From a virus (lineage: Duplodnaviria > Caudoviricetes), in the IMG/VR virus record IMGVR_UViG_3300037461_001438, positions 26,477-90,476 of that record: 64,000 nt of DNA; one strand, written 5' to 3'. The notes beneath the pieces are model-generated. The model worked only from the letters and a program-made list of their open reading frames with translations. It made no database searches and was not told the DNA's origin. Shown piece after piece: positions 18,162 through 28,393 of this stretch (position 1 is its first letter; each line of letters opens with the position of its first letter). Position numbers and translations under genes: made by a program.

Positions 18162-19170
18162 GATCGAAAACCCCCTCGAGAGCCTGGGAGGCTGCCGCAG
18201 CACCCCCTGTAAGGCCCCTCAGATAGATCTCCGTCGTCCCCAGGCTCTTGTGGCCCAGCATGTCGCCGATCGACTTCCTGTCGACCTGGCAGGGGCCGGC
18301 AAGTGTGGATGCCACACAGTGCCGCAAGGCGTGGAAGGTGAAAGTCCGCGCAAGGCCGGCTTTCCTGCAAAGACTCTTGATCATCTTGAAGCGCCGGTTG
18401 TACTTGCGCCCGGTCTTTGGGTTCGGGAAGACGAGCTCACTGTCACACCCGCGGTGCGCATGGCACCACTTGAGCACCCGCTCGAGGCCGCCTGTGATCT
18501 TCGTTGTGATCGGGGCGAGGCTTCCGCCCTTTCTCTTCCTGGTGTAGCGGGTCACCGTCATCTGCACGAAATCGACATCCTGCCAGGTGAGCCGCTGGAT
18601 CTCGTCGACGCGGGCGCCCGTATAAAGCACCGCCAAAAGAAAGGCCCGCTGCCGCTCGCTTGCCACCTGCAGAAGCTTCAGGACATCCTCGATCGTTGGC
18701 ACATACTTCTGCGCTGGCGCGTGTGGGAGTCTCGCCACCTGTGAAACCGGGTTCTCCTCTATCAATTTCAAATTATTCTTTATGTAAGAAAATACAGACG
18801 ATAGGTCTTTGCGGTGGGCATTGAAGTTGTTGTTGGTTGGCCGGCCGAGCAGGTAGATCGTGATCTCGTGCGCCGTGTACTGATTGCACGGGCGGTTGCC
18901 GAGAACCCGGAGGAACTCTTTTACGACGAAAACTTTCTGTTTGTAAGTCTTGGCGACGAAGCGGGCGCGGGCTTCGTTCAGGTAGGCGGCGGCCGCGTAC
19001 CTAAATTCCGTGGACGGACGGATCAACTGCCGGGAGAGCTTCTTTTTGTGCTCCTCCCTTGCGGCGAGCGCGGCCGCCTTGGTCCTGAACCCCCGCCCCG
19101 TGTAGGCCCGGCTGCCGCGCTCGAACTTGTAGCACCAATGCTTGCGCTGCTTGTCCTTCCACAAGCCCAT
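18070..19170 (-). CDS. int: Tyrosine integrase
   Basis: Catalytic set R (TGARVDE), K, HALRH, LGH and Y (TTEIY); adjacent to attP. Confidence 0.95.
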   Translation of the reverse strand: MGLWKDKQRKHWCYKFERGSRAYTGRGFRTKAAALAAREEHKKKLSRQLIRPSTEFRYAAAAYLNEARARFVAKTYKQKVFVVKEFLRVLGNRPCNQYTAHEITIYLLGRPTNNNFNAHRKDLSSVFSYIKNNLKLIEENPVSQVARLPHAPAQKYVPTIEDVLKLLQVASERQRAFLLAVLYTGARVDEIQRLTWQDVDFVQMTVTRYTRKRKGGSLAPITTKITGGLERVLKWCHAHRGCDSELVFPNPKTGRKYNRRFKMIKSLCRKAGLARTFTFHALRHCVASTLAGPCQVDRKSIGDMLGHKSLGTTEIYLRGLTGGAAAASQALEGVFDLAAAAGGGFGPKKPLAAGPGGKRKPEKLGK

Positions 19171-19309
19171 CGATCGTATCGCTCCTGAAGCGTAGCACCT
19201 TGATCCCCGCCGGGTAAAACCCGCCCAGTCGGCGCTGGTGCTCATATACCGAACTTAACGATATTTTTAAGAGGGATGCAACCTCGGCTGGCGTCAGAAG
19301 CTCTTTCAT
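19001..19309 (-). CDS. xis: Excisionase / HTH_17-like DNA-binding protein
   Basis: LLTPAEVASLLKISLSSVY...LRF winged-helix pattern upstream of int; its frame overlaps the int start by 170 nt. Confidence 0.75.
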   Translation of the reverse strand: MKELLTPAEVASLLKISLSSVYEHQRRLGGFYPAGIKVLRFRSDTIDGLVEGQAAQALVLQVRARQPGLHGAGVQDQGGRARRKGGAQKEALPAVDPSVHGI

Positions 19310-19334
19310 ATTGCTAATCGTGAGATTTGTTGCC

Positions 19335-19370
19335 AAAAGAAAACCCCGGGAAGTGGGAGGCTTCCCGGGG
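19335..19370 (-). terminator. Intrinsic terminator upstream of xis
   Basis: Perfect 10-bp stem CCCCGGGAAG/CTTCCCGGGG followed on the minus strand by TTTTCTTTT. Confidence 0.8.
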
Positions 19371-19542
19371 CTACTCCTGTCCGTATGTCACGTTCACTGA
19401 ACAGCCATATGTCTGCCTGCGCGTATCCGGTAACCTTCTGTGGCCGCAGCCGACAGTGCCTATCCCGAATTCGCGCTTGGTGTGCCGGGACCGTACTGGC
19501 GTCATGGCCCCCGAAGGAGTGATAGGCATGCTGGCGAATTGT

Positions 19543-19707
19543 TTATACATGCAGCATACCACAATTCGGCATGAATGTCAACATCTGGCCATCAAACTCA
19601 TATTCTTCAATGATCTCGCGTACTTGATCAATTTTTTCGTAGTCTTTCGACTTTACCGCTTCGATGAACTTTTTAACGAGGTCCAAATCGATAAAATCCG
19701 TGTCCAT
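19543..19707 (-). CDS. Small acidic protein downstream of the repressor (54 aa, not in the ORF track)
   Basis: Manual translation MDTDFIDLDLVKKFIEAVKSKDYEKIDQVREIIEEYEFDGQMLTFMPNCGMLHV; GGAAGG upstream. Confidence 0.55.
   Translation of the reverse strand: MDTDFIDLDLVKKFIEAVKSKDYEKIDQVREIIEEYEFDGQMLTFMPNCGMLHV
19553..19581 (-). promoter_or_regulatory. Sigma70-like promoter, minus strand
   Basis: TTGACA-17 nt-TATGCT on the minus strand. Confidence 0.7.
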
Positions 19708-19807
19708 TTGAGGCCTTCCGCCGGGATGAGGTGGTTGTTAGATAACGCAAACTTCTGGCAACAGTTTCATACCTCACCTCCTTTCATCGTGATCGCGGTA
19801 TTATCGA

Positions 19808-20152
19808 CTACCCGAGAATCTTCTTGATCGCGGCGTAATAGGCGTTCGCTTTTTCCGAAGAGCCGCGGTCCTTCATGAGATTTACAAGCTTGACCAGCAA
19901 CTTAGCATCCTCCTCCGAGATGTCGATGTCCGACAGCAGAATCGGCAGGGGAACCCCGAGGATCTCGGCAAGTTTTGGCATCTTTTCGACATCGACGCCC
20001 CTGACCCCGTTTTCAATCTGGCTCAGCGTACCCGTCGACAGGTAGCCAAGCTCCTTCGCCAGTTCGACCTGGGTGATCCTCTTCAGCTTGCGGAACACCT
20101 GGATCTTGTGGCCCATTGCCTCCCTTACCACTTTTTGCATAACCCCTCCCAT
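19808..20152 (-). CDS. CI-like XRE helix-turn-helix repressor
   Basis: ITQVELAKELGYLSTGTLSQIENG HTH_3 pattern; divergent from the replication operon. Confidence 0.88.
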   Translation of the reverse strand: MGGVMQKVVREAMGHKIQVFRKLKRITQVELAKELGYLSTGTLSQIENGVRGVDVEKMPKLAEILGVPLPILLSDIDISEEDAKLLVKLVNLMKDRGSSEKANAYYAAIKKILG

Positions 20153-20182
20153 GGATTTATGCGCCGGGAGCCGTAAAATAGC

Positions 20183-20212
20183 TTGACTTAAAATCTCACT
20201 AATAGCTATAAT
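20183..20212 (+). promoter_or_regulatory. Rightward promoter with embedded AAATCTCACTAATAG operator
   Basis: TTGACT-18 nt-TATAAT; the 15-mer recurs at 19314 (minus), 28899 and 55720. Confidence 0.75.
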
Positions 20213-20318
20213 ACAAACTGCCCGGTAGCTCTCTCATAGTAAGACAGAATCCTGTTTGTCAAGAAAAATTTTTATTATTTCTGTTTTTGAATTCATACTA
20301 TTTTAATGGAGAAAGCCG

Positions 20319-21785
20319 TTGCAGTACCCCCCATCAAAGACCCCTCCGTGGCGTCATCAGGTCGAGTGCTGGAAAAGGGCCAAGGACGTCCCGGCGTTTT
20401 ATGTCGCACACGACATGGGTGCCGGAAAGTCGAAAGTCGCCGTCGACTACTGCAACGGGATCAACGCCAAAAAGGTCCTCATCATCTGTCCCAAAAAAGT
20501 AATCAGCGTCTGGCCCTCGCAATTTAACAAACACAGCCATGCCCGGTTCCGTTTGCTTGCGAAAGAAAATGGCTCTATAGCAAGCCAGTCTGAAGAAATA
20601 AAGAAATTTATCTCTACCTATGAAAATTATGGCGGCGTGGCCGTTGTCTTAAATTACGAGCGCTTCTGGCGAGCCCCGCTCGGCCCTTCCTACAACGAGA
20701 GAAACAGAATGGTCGACATCGGCCTTCTGTCGAAAATCCAGTGGGACCTTCTGATCGCAGACGAGGCCCACCGGATCAAAGCCCCGAACGGGCAGGCCGC
20801 CTGGGGCATGGCGCGGCTTGCGCAGCGCGTTCCGCGGCGGCTTTTTCTTTCCGGCACGCCGATGCCACACAGCCCGCTCGACATCTACTCGCAGTTTCGG
20901 GCACTCGCCCCGGAAGTCTTCGGCCGCAAATACACCGCCTTCAAAATGAATTACTGCATCATGGGTGGCTTCGAGAACCGGCAGGTTGTGGCATTTAAAA
21001 ATCTTGAAGACCTTCATAATAAATTTTACTCGATCGCTCACCGCGTCACCATCGAAGAGGCGGTCGACCTTCCCGAATTCAATGACGTCAACATTGATGT
21101 CGACCTGTCGCCCAAGGCAAAGAAAATCTACAGCCAGCTTGAGCGCGAGTTTATCGCCGAATGCGAAAACGGAGAAATAACCGCCGACAATTCGCTCACG
21201 AAGCTTCTGCGCCTGGCCCAGATCGCTGGCGGCAACCTCAAGCTTGACAGCGGCAGAGAGGAAATCATCGACTCCGGTAAAATCGACACTGCCGCGGAGA
21301 TCATTCAGGATCTTCCGCCGGATGAGCCGGTTGTCGTCTTCGCCCGGTTCCGGTCAGAAATAGAGCGGATGAAACAAGCCGTCACGGGGCTTGGCCGGAA
21401 ACCGGGCGAAATCACCGGCAGCCAGAACGATCTTAAGAAATGGGGCGCTGGCGAGATCGACACGGTCGTCGTGCAGATCCAGGCGTGCGGCGAAGGGATC
21501 GACCTCACAAGGTCGCGCTACTGCATTTATCTGTCAAAAGGCTACAGCCTGGGGCAGGTCATGCAAAGCCGCGCCAGGGTCCACCGGCCGGGGCAGTCCC
21601 GCAAGGTAACCTACTACCACATCAACGCCAAAGGCACGGTCGACGTCCTGATCGAGCGCGCCATCAAAACGAAACAGAAGATCACCAACGACGTTCTCGA
21701 TATCAAGGACATTGTCTTGAACGAACTCAAGGAGGAGTGCCATGTTGGACACCGAGAAACTGATGAAATACGCGAGGCTGTTTAG
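20319..21785 (+). CDS. SNF2-like SF2 helicase
   Basis: HDMGAGKS (motif I), IADEAHRIK (II), LSGTP (III), QSRARVHRPGQ (VI). Confidence 0.92.
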   Translation: MQYPPSKTPPWRHQVECWKRAKDVPAFYVAHDMGAGKSKVAVDYCNGINAKKVLIICPKKVISVWPSQFNKHSHARFRLLAKENGSIASQSEEIKKFISTYENYGGVAVVLNYERFWRAPLGPSYNERNRMVDIGLLSKIQWDLLIADEAHRIKAPNGQAAWGMARLAQRVPRRLFLSGTPMPHSPLDIYSQFRALAPEVFGRKYTAFKMNYCIMGGFENRQVVAFKNLEDLHNKFYSIAHRVTIEEAVDLPEFNDVNIDVDLSPKAKKIYSQLEREFIAECENGEITADNSLTKLLRLAQIAGGNLKLDSGREEIIDSGKIDTAAEIIQDLPPDEPVVVFARFRSEIERMKQAVTGLGRKPGEITGSQNDLKKWGAGEIDTVVVQIQACGEGIDLTRSRYCIYLSKGYSLGQVMQSRARVHRPGQSRKVTYYHINAKGTVDVLIERAIKTKQKITNDVLDIKDIVLNELKEECHVGHRETDEIREAV

Positions 21786-22143
21786 AGCAAGAAAGAAACT
21801 GAAGAAAAAATACGACGCGCTCGGCAAAGACCTTGAGTCCATGGGCTCCGGACTGATCGAGCATTTGTCGGAAAACCAGATCGACAAATGCAATCTCCAT
21901 GGAGGGTACGTCGTCTACATCGACACGAAGATCTGGCCAAAGCTCAAAGCCTCGCGCGAAAAAGTCGTCGAGGCCCTCAAGGCGGCCGGCCATGGCGACA
22001 TCGTCAACGAGACATTCAATACCAACTCCCTTGCATCATGGCTGCGCGAGCTCGACGCCCTCGACCAGGATGTCCCAGAGCCGCTGCAGGACTACATCGA
22101 AAAGAACCCGGTATCAACCCTGCTCGTCAAAAAGTTTAAATGA
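21742..22143 (+). CDS. Conserved phage replication-module protein
   Basis: Strong AGGAGGAG Shine-Dalgarno; coiled N-terminus; sits between the helicase and the SSB-like gene. Confidence 0.6.
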   Translation: MLDTEKLMKYARLFRARKKLKKKYDALGKDLESMGSGLIEHLSENQIDKCNLHGGYVVYIDTKIWPKLKASREKVVEALKAAGHGDIVNETFNTNSLASWLRELDALDQDVPEPLQDYIEKNPVSTLLVKKFK

Positions 22144-22261
22144 TGTTCTCTTATGACCTTTTTTCTCGCTATCCGCAAGATTCCCCAAGGAAGGGGGGAC
22201 GCAAGCTGCAGGGGGTTGGATAAGCGACTTGTGGCAAAAACACTCAAACGGAGAAAGTACA

Positions 22262-23032
22262 ATGTCCAGCAAATCGGTAGCCAAGAAAGAAGTGAACGGT
22301 AACGAGCTCATGGTCCCGACGCAATTCGCCATCATGGAGTTCCGCGACAAGGATGAAATCCAAAGCCTCATCAGGGAGAACCTGGGCGGCACGGGCATTT
22401 CCGCACAAGATCTGCCCAACATCACCGTCCCCGGTGGAGGCGGTCTTTCCTGGGAAGTCCCCGGGATCGACGGCGTTCAGAGCACCCCCTCGCTCGAGGG
22501 AATCATCATCGGCATCAAGGCCACACGCCGGTTCTACGAAAAGGACTTCAACGAAACCGGCGGCGGCACCCCTCCGGACTGCTTCAGCCCCGATGGCCTT
22601 ACAGGCTACGGGCGCCCTGGAGGCGACTGCATGGCCTGCCCCAACAATCAGTTCGAGCAGGATACCGATGGCACCACCAGCAAGCGCTGCAAGGAGCGCA
22701 AGCTGATCTTCATGGTTCTGAAGGATGACATTCTGCCGGTTGTAATCCATGCGCCGGTCATGAGCATCAAGCCGGTCACCCAGTATCAGATCAACCTCAC
22801 ATCCAAACGTCAGCGGCTGGAGCACGTCTACACGAAGCTGTCTCTCGCCAACGACAAAAGCAAGGGCAAGAACATCAAGTATTCGATGATCCAGCCCGTG
22901 AAGACCGGCGACGTCGAACTCGAAAAACGCGAAGTGATCGACGCCTACGTCGCTGCCATCAAGCCCTACCTCGTCAAGACGATCGACGATCTGGCCCGTT
23001 TCGGAAACGGTAACGGGCACGAGGAGAAGTAG
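22262..23032 (+). CDS. Putative ssDNA-binding/annealing protein with Cys cluster
   Basis: ITVPGGGG..W, PPDCFSPDG..G, CMACPNNQF...KRCK pattern seen in phage replication modules; function inferred. Confidence 0.55.
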   Translation: MSSKSVAKKEVNGNELMVPTQFAIMEFRDKDEIQSLIRENLGGTGISAQDLPNITVPGGGGLSWEVPGIDGVQSTPSLEGIIIGIKATRRFYEKDFNETGGGTPPDCFSPDGLTGYGRPGGDCMACPNNQFEQDTDGTTSKRCKERKLIFMVLKDDILPVVIHAPVMSIKPVTQYQINLTSKRQRLEHVYTKLSLANDKSKGKNIKYSMIQPVKTGDVELEKREVIDAYVAAIKPYLVKTIDDLARFGNGNGHEEK

Positions 23033-23102
23033 CACCGAATGCAATAACAAAGTGGGGTGAGGAAAAATTCTCACCCCATTTCCCATGGAAAGAGGTATGG
23101 CG

Positions 23103-23327
23103 ATGCAACTGTTCTGTAGATTCTGCTTTCGCACATCGCCCGTCTTCATCACCAAATCGAAATGTCACTTCGAAGCACAATGCCGCATCTGTAAAGCACA
23201 CATCAAATTCTTGAACAAAAAAGAAGTCTATCAATTTCTTGAAGAACTGTTGCGGGGCCAGGGATCATGGAGACAAAATGGATGCAAGACAATTCCTCAA
23301 CCAACTGTTCGGAGACAAGCCCGATGA
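23103..23327 (+). CDS. Small zinc-finger protein
   Basis: CRFC...H...CRIC..H. Confidence 0.5.
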   Translation: MQLFCRFCFRTSPVFITKSKCHFEAQCRICKAHIKFLNKKEVYQFLEELLRGQGSWRQNGCKTIPQPTVRRQAR

Positions 23328-25071
23328 TGCGCATGTCTGCATTTGGACATACCCGGCCAAACGATCCTACTTCTTCTCGGACGTAGACGCCGCCGCAGAC
23401 AAATCGGTTTTGCTCACTGGCAAGGAAGATGTCTACGTCGGATGCGGCCTTTACCGTAAAGACCTTGGGCCAAAAAACAGGGGCAGCAAGGAAGACGTTG
23501 TCGGCCTGCCCGGTTTCTGGATGGACATCGACGTCGCAGGAGACGCTCACAAAAAAAGCGATCTGCCCCCGACCGTCGATGATGCCGTAAAGCTGATTAC
23601 CGGAAACGGGTTCGACCCGACCATCATCGTTCACTCCGGAAACGGAGTTCACGCGTGGTGGCTCTTCAAGGAGCCGGTGATGTTCGGCGACGGCGCAACG
23701 CCGGACTCGCTTGAATACGCAAATGAGCGGCTCCAGCTGACGATAAGGTCAAAGGCTCAGGCAAAAGGCTGGAAGCTTGATTCAACCCACGACATTACCC
23801 GGATCCTGCGAATACCAGGAACCATAAATAAGAAAGGAGGTGCAAACAAGCCGGTCACCTGCATCAAATCAGACGGCCCCCGCTACGGCGGCCCCGAAGA
23901 TTTCGACCCCTTCATGGTGACCGACCTACCCACCCAATCCGCCAAAGTAACCAAAGAAGAAAAAAAGCAAGTTGCAAAAAGTATTGTCGTTGATCTGAAT
24001 GCACCGGCCCCGCCGCAGGTCGAAATCCTCATGAACGAACCGAAGTTCAGAGCGACCTGGATGGGCACGCGGGGCGATTTCGACAAGCAGTCGCCAAGCG
24101 AGTACGTCATGAGCGTCGCCTCTTTCGGCGCCCGTTGGGGAATGAGCGACCAGGAGATAACCGACATGATCGTCTCCTGGTATCGGTCGCACATCGAGAA
24201 CCCGAAGTTCAAGCTGCGCCAAAACCCGATCTCGATGGATAAGCTCCTGCGTCCCGACTACATCCCAGGGACCATCGCAAGGGCACGCCACCAATGCGAC
24301 CGAAACGACGCCAAAGAATTCATCCACGAGGCGGCCAACGCCACAGACCCGGCAGTCAGGGAGGCGCTGCACATCACCGCCGACCTTGCCCGCGAGAAGG
24401 TGTCGCAGGCTATCGGCATGAACATCGTCAAAATCGTCAAGTACAATCGCGGCGAAAAAGACCCTTACTACGACATGCACACATCGACGCATGTGATCCA
24501 GTTCAGAAAGCCGGACGATCTCTTCCGGCTGGATCGGTTCAAGCTAAGGGTCGCCGGTGTGGCCAACCTGCTGCCGGACATCACTTCAAAAGACTGGAAG
24601 GCGATCGCGCGGCTCTTCCATGAGTTCATGATCGAAGAGCACGTCGATGCCGACCAAGCGACCGTATCTGGCCGCGTCAAGTCATGGTCCGAGGGCTACC
24701 TTGAGGACAAGCCGGCCAGGAAATTAAGCGAGGTCACATTCGGCAACGAGCCCTTTGTCCACAACGGCCACTGGCATGTGTTTACCCGGCAATTCCAGCG
24801 ATTCGTCTGGCTGAGCTGCCGGGTCGCGGGCGATGCCAGCGACATCGAACTCGATCTTCGCCGCGCAGGTGCCGAAAAAATCTCATACAACTACGCACAC
24901 CCCACACGCGCAGGCGCCCGCCGCAAAATCATCGTGTGGAAACTCCCAACCGCAATCGCCTTCCCGCCGCCCATGCCGGTAGAAGACGACTGCGACCTCG
25001 GAAAGGAAACCCAAAGTGGATCAAAAAATCCTCGATCAAATCGCAGACCAAGTCGCGCAGTTAATGAATGA
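23278..25071 (+). CDS. RepB-type primase/polymerase (AEP superfamily) with C-terminal extension
   Basis: WMDIDV (DxD), PTIIVHSGNGVHAWW, THDITRILRIPGTIN. Confidence 0.8.
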   Translation: MDARQFLNQLFGDKPDDAHVCIWTYPAKRSYFFSDVDAAADKSVLLTGKEDVYVGCGLYRKDLGPKNRGSKEDVVGLPGFWMDIDVAGDAHKKSDLPPTVDDAVKLITGNGFDPTIIVHSGNGVHAWWLFKEPVMFGDGATPDSLEYANERLQLTIRSKAQAKGWKLDSTHDITRILRIPGTINKKGGANKPVTCIKSDGPRYGGPEDFDPFMVTDLPTQSAKVTKEEKKQVAKSIVVDLNAPAPPQVEILMNEPKFRATWMGTRGDFDKQSPSEYVMSVASFGARWGMSDQEITDMIVSWYRSHIENPKFKLRQNPISMDKLLRPDYIPGTIARARHQCDRNDAKEFIHEAANATDPAVREALHITADLAREKVSQAIGMNIVKIVKYNRGEKDPYYDMHTSTHVIQFRKPDDLFRLDRFKLRVAGVANLLPDITSKDWKAIARLFHEFMIEEHVDADQATVSGRVKSWSEGYLEDKPARKLSEVTFGNEPFVHNGHWHVFTRQFQRFVWLSCRVAGDASDIELDLRRAGAEKISYNYAHPTRAGARRKIIVWKLPTAIAFPPPMPVEDDCDLGKETQSGSKNPRSNRRPSRAVNE

Positions 25072-25279
25072 CTACAGCTCCGATCTTGAAAAAGGCCTCA
25101 AGGCCTCGCCCAAGGGGCTTCGAATCGGCTTCGGCGCCAAGGTGAAGCCGGAGAAGGAGCCCGGCAAGTTCAAGATCACAACCTCAATGTCCTTTTCCAC
25201 CCAGCCCAAGCAGCCGCCTGCCGGCCAGGTCAAGGACAAGATGGAAGTGGTCGTTAAATGTTCCAGCGACTCCAACTGA
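25016..25279 (+). CDS. Hypothetical protein
   Basis: GTG start with Shine-Dalgarno, 87 aa, overlaps the primase end by 56 nt. Confidence 0.55.
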   Translation: MDQKILDQIADQVAQLMNDYSSDLEKGLKASPKGLRIGFGAKVKPEKEPGKFKITTSMSFSTQPKQPPAGQVKDKMEVVVKCSSDSN

Positions 25280-25809
25280 TCCTGGCCTGGTTCACCAGGT
25301 TCAATTTCAGGCTCAAGTGGCTTGCGGTCTACATGTCGATCGTGGGCCTTGTGACCTTTCCCTTGTTTATCCACGAGGAGGCGCTGCAGACCATCATGTT
25401 CGGCACTTGGCAGGCGGCCGCAGCCGACCGCTACGACATCATCGCGAACGGCGCAAACATGATGGAGAAGATCAACCGGAGCATGAAAACCATCAACTAT
25501 GTCTTCGGCTGGGTAAACCCGTTGTCGTTCATGTCCTACGGCGCCTATGGCAACGCCACGGATTTTTACATCGAGGCCAGCCGGGCGAAGATCATGCGCA
25601 AGGCGCCGCACCTGGTCACAGGAGTCGAGGTCAGGGTTGATTTCAAGCCATCCAAGATCGAGCGGCTCATCGACGGAAGATGGCTTGGAATCGACGCCAG
25701 CAACATCGGCGTCATTTTCAACAACGAGCCAAAGCTGAACCAGACGATCCGCATCGAAGGCATCTACGAGATGCTCGACGGACGCCTGGTGATAAAGGAG
25801 AACGCATGA
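25258..25809 (+). CDS. Hypothetical membrane protein
   Basis: TM segment WLAVYMSIVGLVTFPLFI; coding-like codon bias. Confidence 0.6.
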   Translation: MFQRLQLILAWFTRFNFRLKWLAVYMSIVGLVTFPLFIHEEALQTIMFGTWQAAAADRYDIIANGANMMEKINRSMKTINYVFGWVNPLSFMSYGAYGNATDFYIEASRAKIMRKAPHLVTGVEVRVDFKPSKIERLIDGRWLGIDASNIGVIFNNEPKLNQTIRIEGIYEMLDGRLVIKENA

Positions 25810-25973
25810 AGACAGCAGGAAGACCCCCGGCAACAGGAAATTTCAAGACCAGGGAGCAGCTCGTGAAGTTCGTGACGAAGATGTCCAAGAAGGGAGCCCA
25901 CCCTAACGCGATCGCGAAGGAAGCCGGGCTGAGCGAATTCACCATCCGGAAGATATGCAAAAACGGAAAGTAA
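25806..25973 (+). CDS. Small HTH protein
   Basis: GRPP...HPNAIAKEAGLSEFTIRKI helix-turn-helix pattern; GGAG Shine-Dalgarno. Confidence 0.6.
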   Translation: MKTAGRPPATGNFKTREQLVKFVTKMSKKGAHPNAIAKEAGLSEFTIRKICKNGK

Positions 25974-26163
25974 TCATCGGCGTTCCAAAGCCATCATGGT
26001 CGAAAGGTAACGCCCTGTTCTCGCCGGACAGGGCGTACACCTTTACCCTTTATTACCCTAAGTGGGCGCCGACGTTTGAAGTCTACACGTTCACGGCAAA
26101 CAACGGCAAAAATTACATACTGCCATTATCCCAAATCGAAGAGGATTTCATATTGGTGTAGCC

Positions 26164-27879
26164 ATGGAGGAATACAGAATCTTCGGGCCGCCAGGGACCG
26201 GAAAGTCGACTATCCTGGCGACCAAGTATATCCCGGACGCCATCGCGAAATACGGCGCTGATGCGGTCATGGTGACAAGCTTCACGCGGGCCGCGGCGGC
26301 CGAGATCGCCTCGAAGAAGTCCCGTGAAACCGGCAGGACCATTGCGGTGCCGCAGTCAATGGTCGGCACCCTGCATTCGATCTGCTACAACGCGCTCGGG
26401 TGCCCCAACATCATCGAAACCGACGTCAAACTGATCCGCGAATGGAACATGCGCCATGAGCCTTGGGCCATTAATGGAAAAAATCTCGGCTCAATCGATG
26501 AGGGCGGCAAGGATTCCTATGGCGCCAACGGCAGCAACCACGGCGACAAGGTGTTCAATTCGATCAAGATTTTGCGAAACCGCATCTCCGACAAGCGGTT
26601 CTGGAGCATAGAGCAGATCGGGTTCATCGAAAAATGGAACGAATTCAAAAAGGAGACGGACTCGGTCGACTTCACCGATCTGGTCGAACTTGGGATCGAA
26701 CGGCTCCTGCACGCGCCAGGCAACCCGAAGGTCATCTTCGTCGACGAAGCCCAGGATTTCACTCGCCTCCAGCTCAAGCTGATCCGCAGCTGGGCGATGG
26801 ACATGGACTACATCGTCCTTGTGGGCGATGACGACCAGCAACTCTACTCGTGGGCCGGCACGAGCTCGGATGCGATGATCAAACCTGAGATCCCGGCCCA
26901 AAACAAGCGCGTCTTAAAGCAGTCCTACCGGGTGCCGCGTGCGATCCTCGAGCGGGCAACCCAGATGATCCAAAGGGTCGACACCCGGGAGCCCAAGGTC
27001 TACCTGCCAAGGGTTGACCGCAAGACCGGCTTGACCGCAGAAGGGCTCGTGGAGGAGCATCCAGCAAACTGGCGCGAGCCGGACGAACTGATCGACCATG
27101 TGCTCGGCAAAATATCCCAAAACAAGACCTGCATGATCTTGGCATCGTGCAGTTTTATGATCACCCCGATCAAGAAGCTTTTGATGGAGAACGGCATCCC
27201 GTTTGAGAACCGATACCGCCGCACACGGGCCGATTGGAACCCGCTCTTCAGGTCGGAGGCCAAGATCGAACGGGTCGATCCGGGGAACCTGCTGCTCGCC
27301 TTTCTTGGAAACGGTGTCGATCCGCCCTACTGGAACGTCGCCCAGCTTGTGATGTGGGCCCAGCACCTTACGACCAGCGACCAAGGGCTCAAACGCAAGG
27401 TCGGCCATGCCGGCATCGACGCCCTCAAGGCCGCCATCGAGGCCAAGGAGCACGGGCTCCACACCACGCGCGAGGTGCTTTCGCAGATCATGACCGAGAC
27501 GGCGGTCGAGCGGGCGCTGGCAAGAGATGTTTATTGGCTGCAAGACAACCTTAAGGCCGCCCGCCGGTCAGACACCTTCAACTACATGGTGAGGGTCCAC
27601 GACAAATTCGGGGCCGCTGCGATCGAGGAACCGCCCCTTGTCACCACAGGTACCATTCACAGCGTTAAAGGCGGAGAGGCGCAATGCGTCTATCTTTTCC
27701 CGGACATCAGCTTTCAAGCCGACAACGAAATGCAGAACCCGGATCCCGAGGGCCGCGATGCGATCTACCGGATGTTCTACGTCGGCATGACGCGGGCGAG
27801 CGAGGAGCTCTATCTTTGCAGCCCGGCATACAGCGGGCGCGACAAAAGCGGCCAGGCAAGAATGTTTGTCGAACTTTAA
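26164..27879 (+). CDS. UvrD/Rep-like SF1 helicase
   Basis: GPPGTGKS, VDEAQD, VGDDDQ, QSYRVP, TIHSVKGGEA, YVGMTRA. Confidence 0.93.
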   Translation: MEEYRIFGPPGTGKSTILATKYIPDAIAKYGADAVMVTSFTRAAAAEIASKKSRETGRTIAVPQSMVGTLHSICYNALGCPNIIETDVKLIREWNMRHEPWAINGKNLGSIDEGGKDSYGANGSNHGDKVFNSIKILRNRISDKRFWSIEQIGFIEKWNEFKKETDSVDFTDLVELGIERLLHAPGNPKVIFVDEAQDFTRLQLKLIRSWAMDMDYIVLVGDDDQQLYSWAGTSSDAMIKPEIPAQNKRVLKQSYRVPRAILERATQMIQRVDTREPKVYLPRVDRKTGLTAEGLVEEHPANWREPDELIDHVLGKISQNKTCMILASCSFMITPIKKLLMENGIPFENRYRRTRADWNPLFRSEAKIERVDPGNLLLAFLGNGVDPPYWNVAQLVMWAQHLTTSDQGLKRKVGHAGIDALKAAIEAKEHGLHTTREVLSQIMTETAVERALARDVYWLQDNLKAARRSDTFNYMVRVHDKFGAAAIEEPPLVTTGTIHSVKGGEAQCVYLFPDISFQADNEMQNPDPEGRDAIYRMFYVGMTRASEELYLCSPAYSGRDKSGQARMFVEL

Positions 27880-27895
27880 ATCGAAGGAGAAAAAC

Positions 27896-28393
27896 ATGTC
27901 CGGTGATACCGAAGAAAAAATCGTTCAGGAAATCCTGAAGCTTGCAATATTTTCATGCCTTTTGAAAAAAATTTCCGACTGGGGCAAGACCGGAAAGCTT
28001 GACGAAATGGCCGGAAAAACAGTTGAAGTCCCAATCGATGTCCCGGCTGCCTTTTTGGAGGCAACCGAAGATCTCGTCGCAGAACAACTAATCACCGAAA
28101 AGGAAGTCCAGGTCGTCTGCTCCAGGGCGCTCGATGAACATTGCAAGCGTTTTCAACTCAAAAAGCCGAAATCATTTTTCTACCCTGGGATAAAGGTTAG
28201 AAAAAACACAAAGCCGATCGATATTTTGAAAACGTTTATCACCACTGCCATCCGTCACGAAGTCCTTGGAGAAAGACAAATCATTAAAAGCCATACAGAA
28301 TTCACTAATTCGCTGGACATGATCGGGGCGCTGATCATGCAGCTAAACAAGGAGCGCGGCCAAAGTGAAACGGGGAATCAAACTCTCCATTAA
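27896..28393 (+). CDS. Hypothetical protein
   Basis: AGGAG Shine-Dalgarno, 165 aa. Confidence 0.55.
   Translation: MSGDTEEKIVQEILKLAIFSCLLKKISDWGKTGKLDEMAGKTVEVPIDVPAAFLEATEDLVAEQLITEKEVQVVCSRALDEHCKRFQLKKPKSFFYPGIKVRKNTKPIDILKTFITTAIRHEVLGERQIIKSHTEFTNSLDMIGALIMQLNKERGQSETGNQTLH

Noticed and set aside
19170-19309. Programmed frameshift fusing Xis to Int
   Set aside because: The GGGTTTT run is not in the register needed for a -1 shift from the xis frame, and int has its own AGGAG before ATG 19170.
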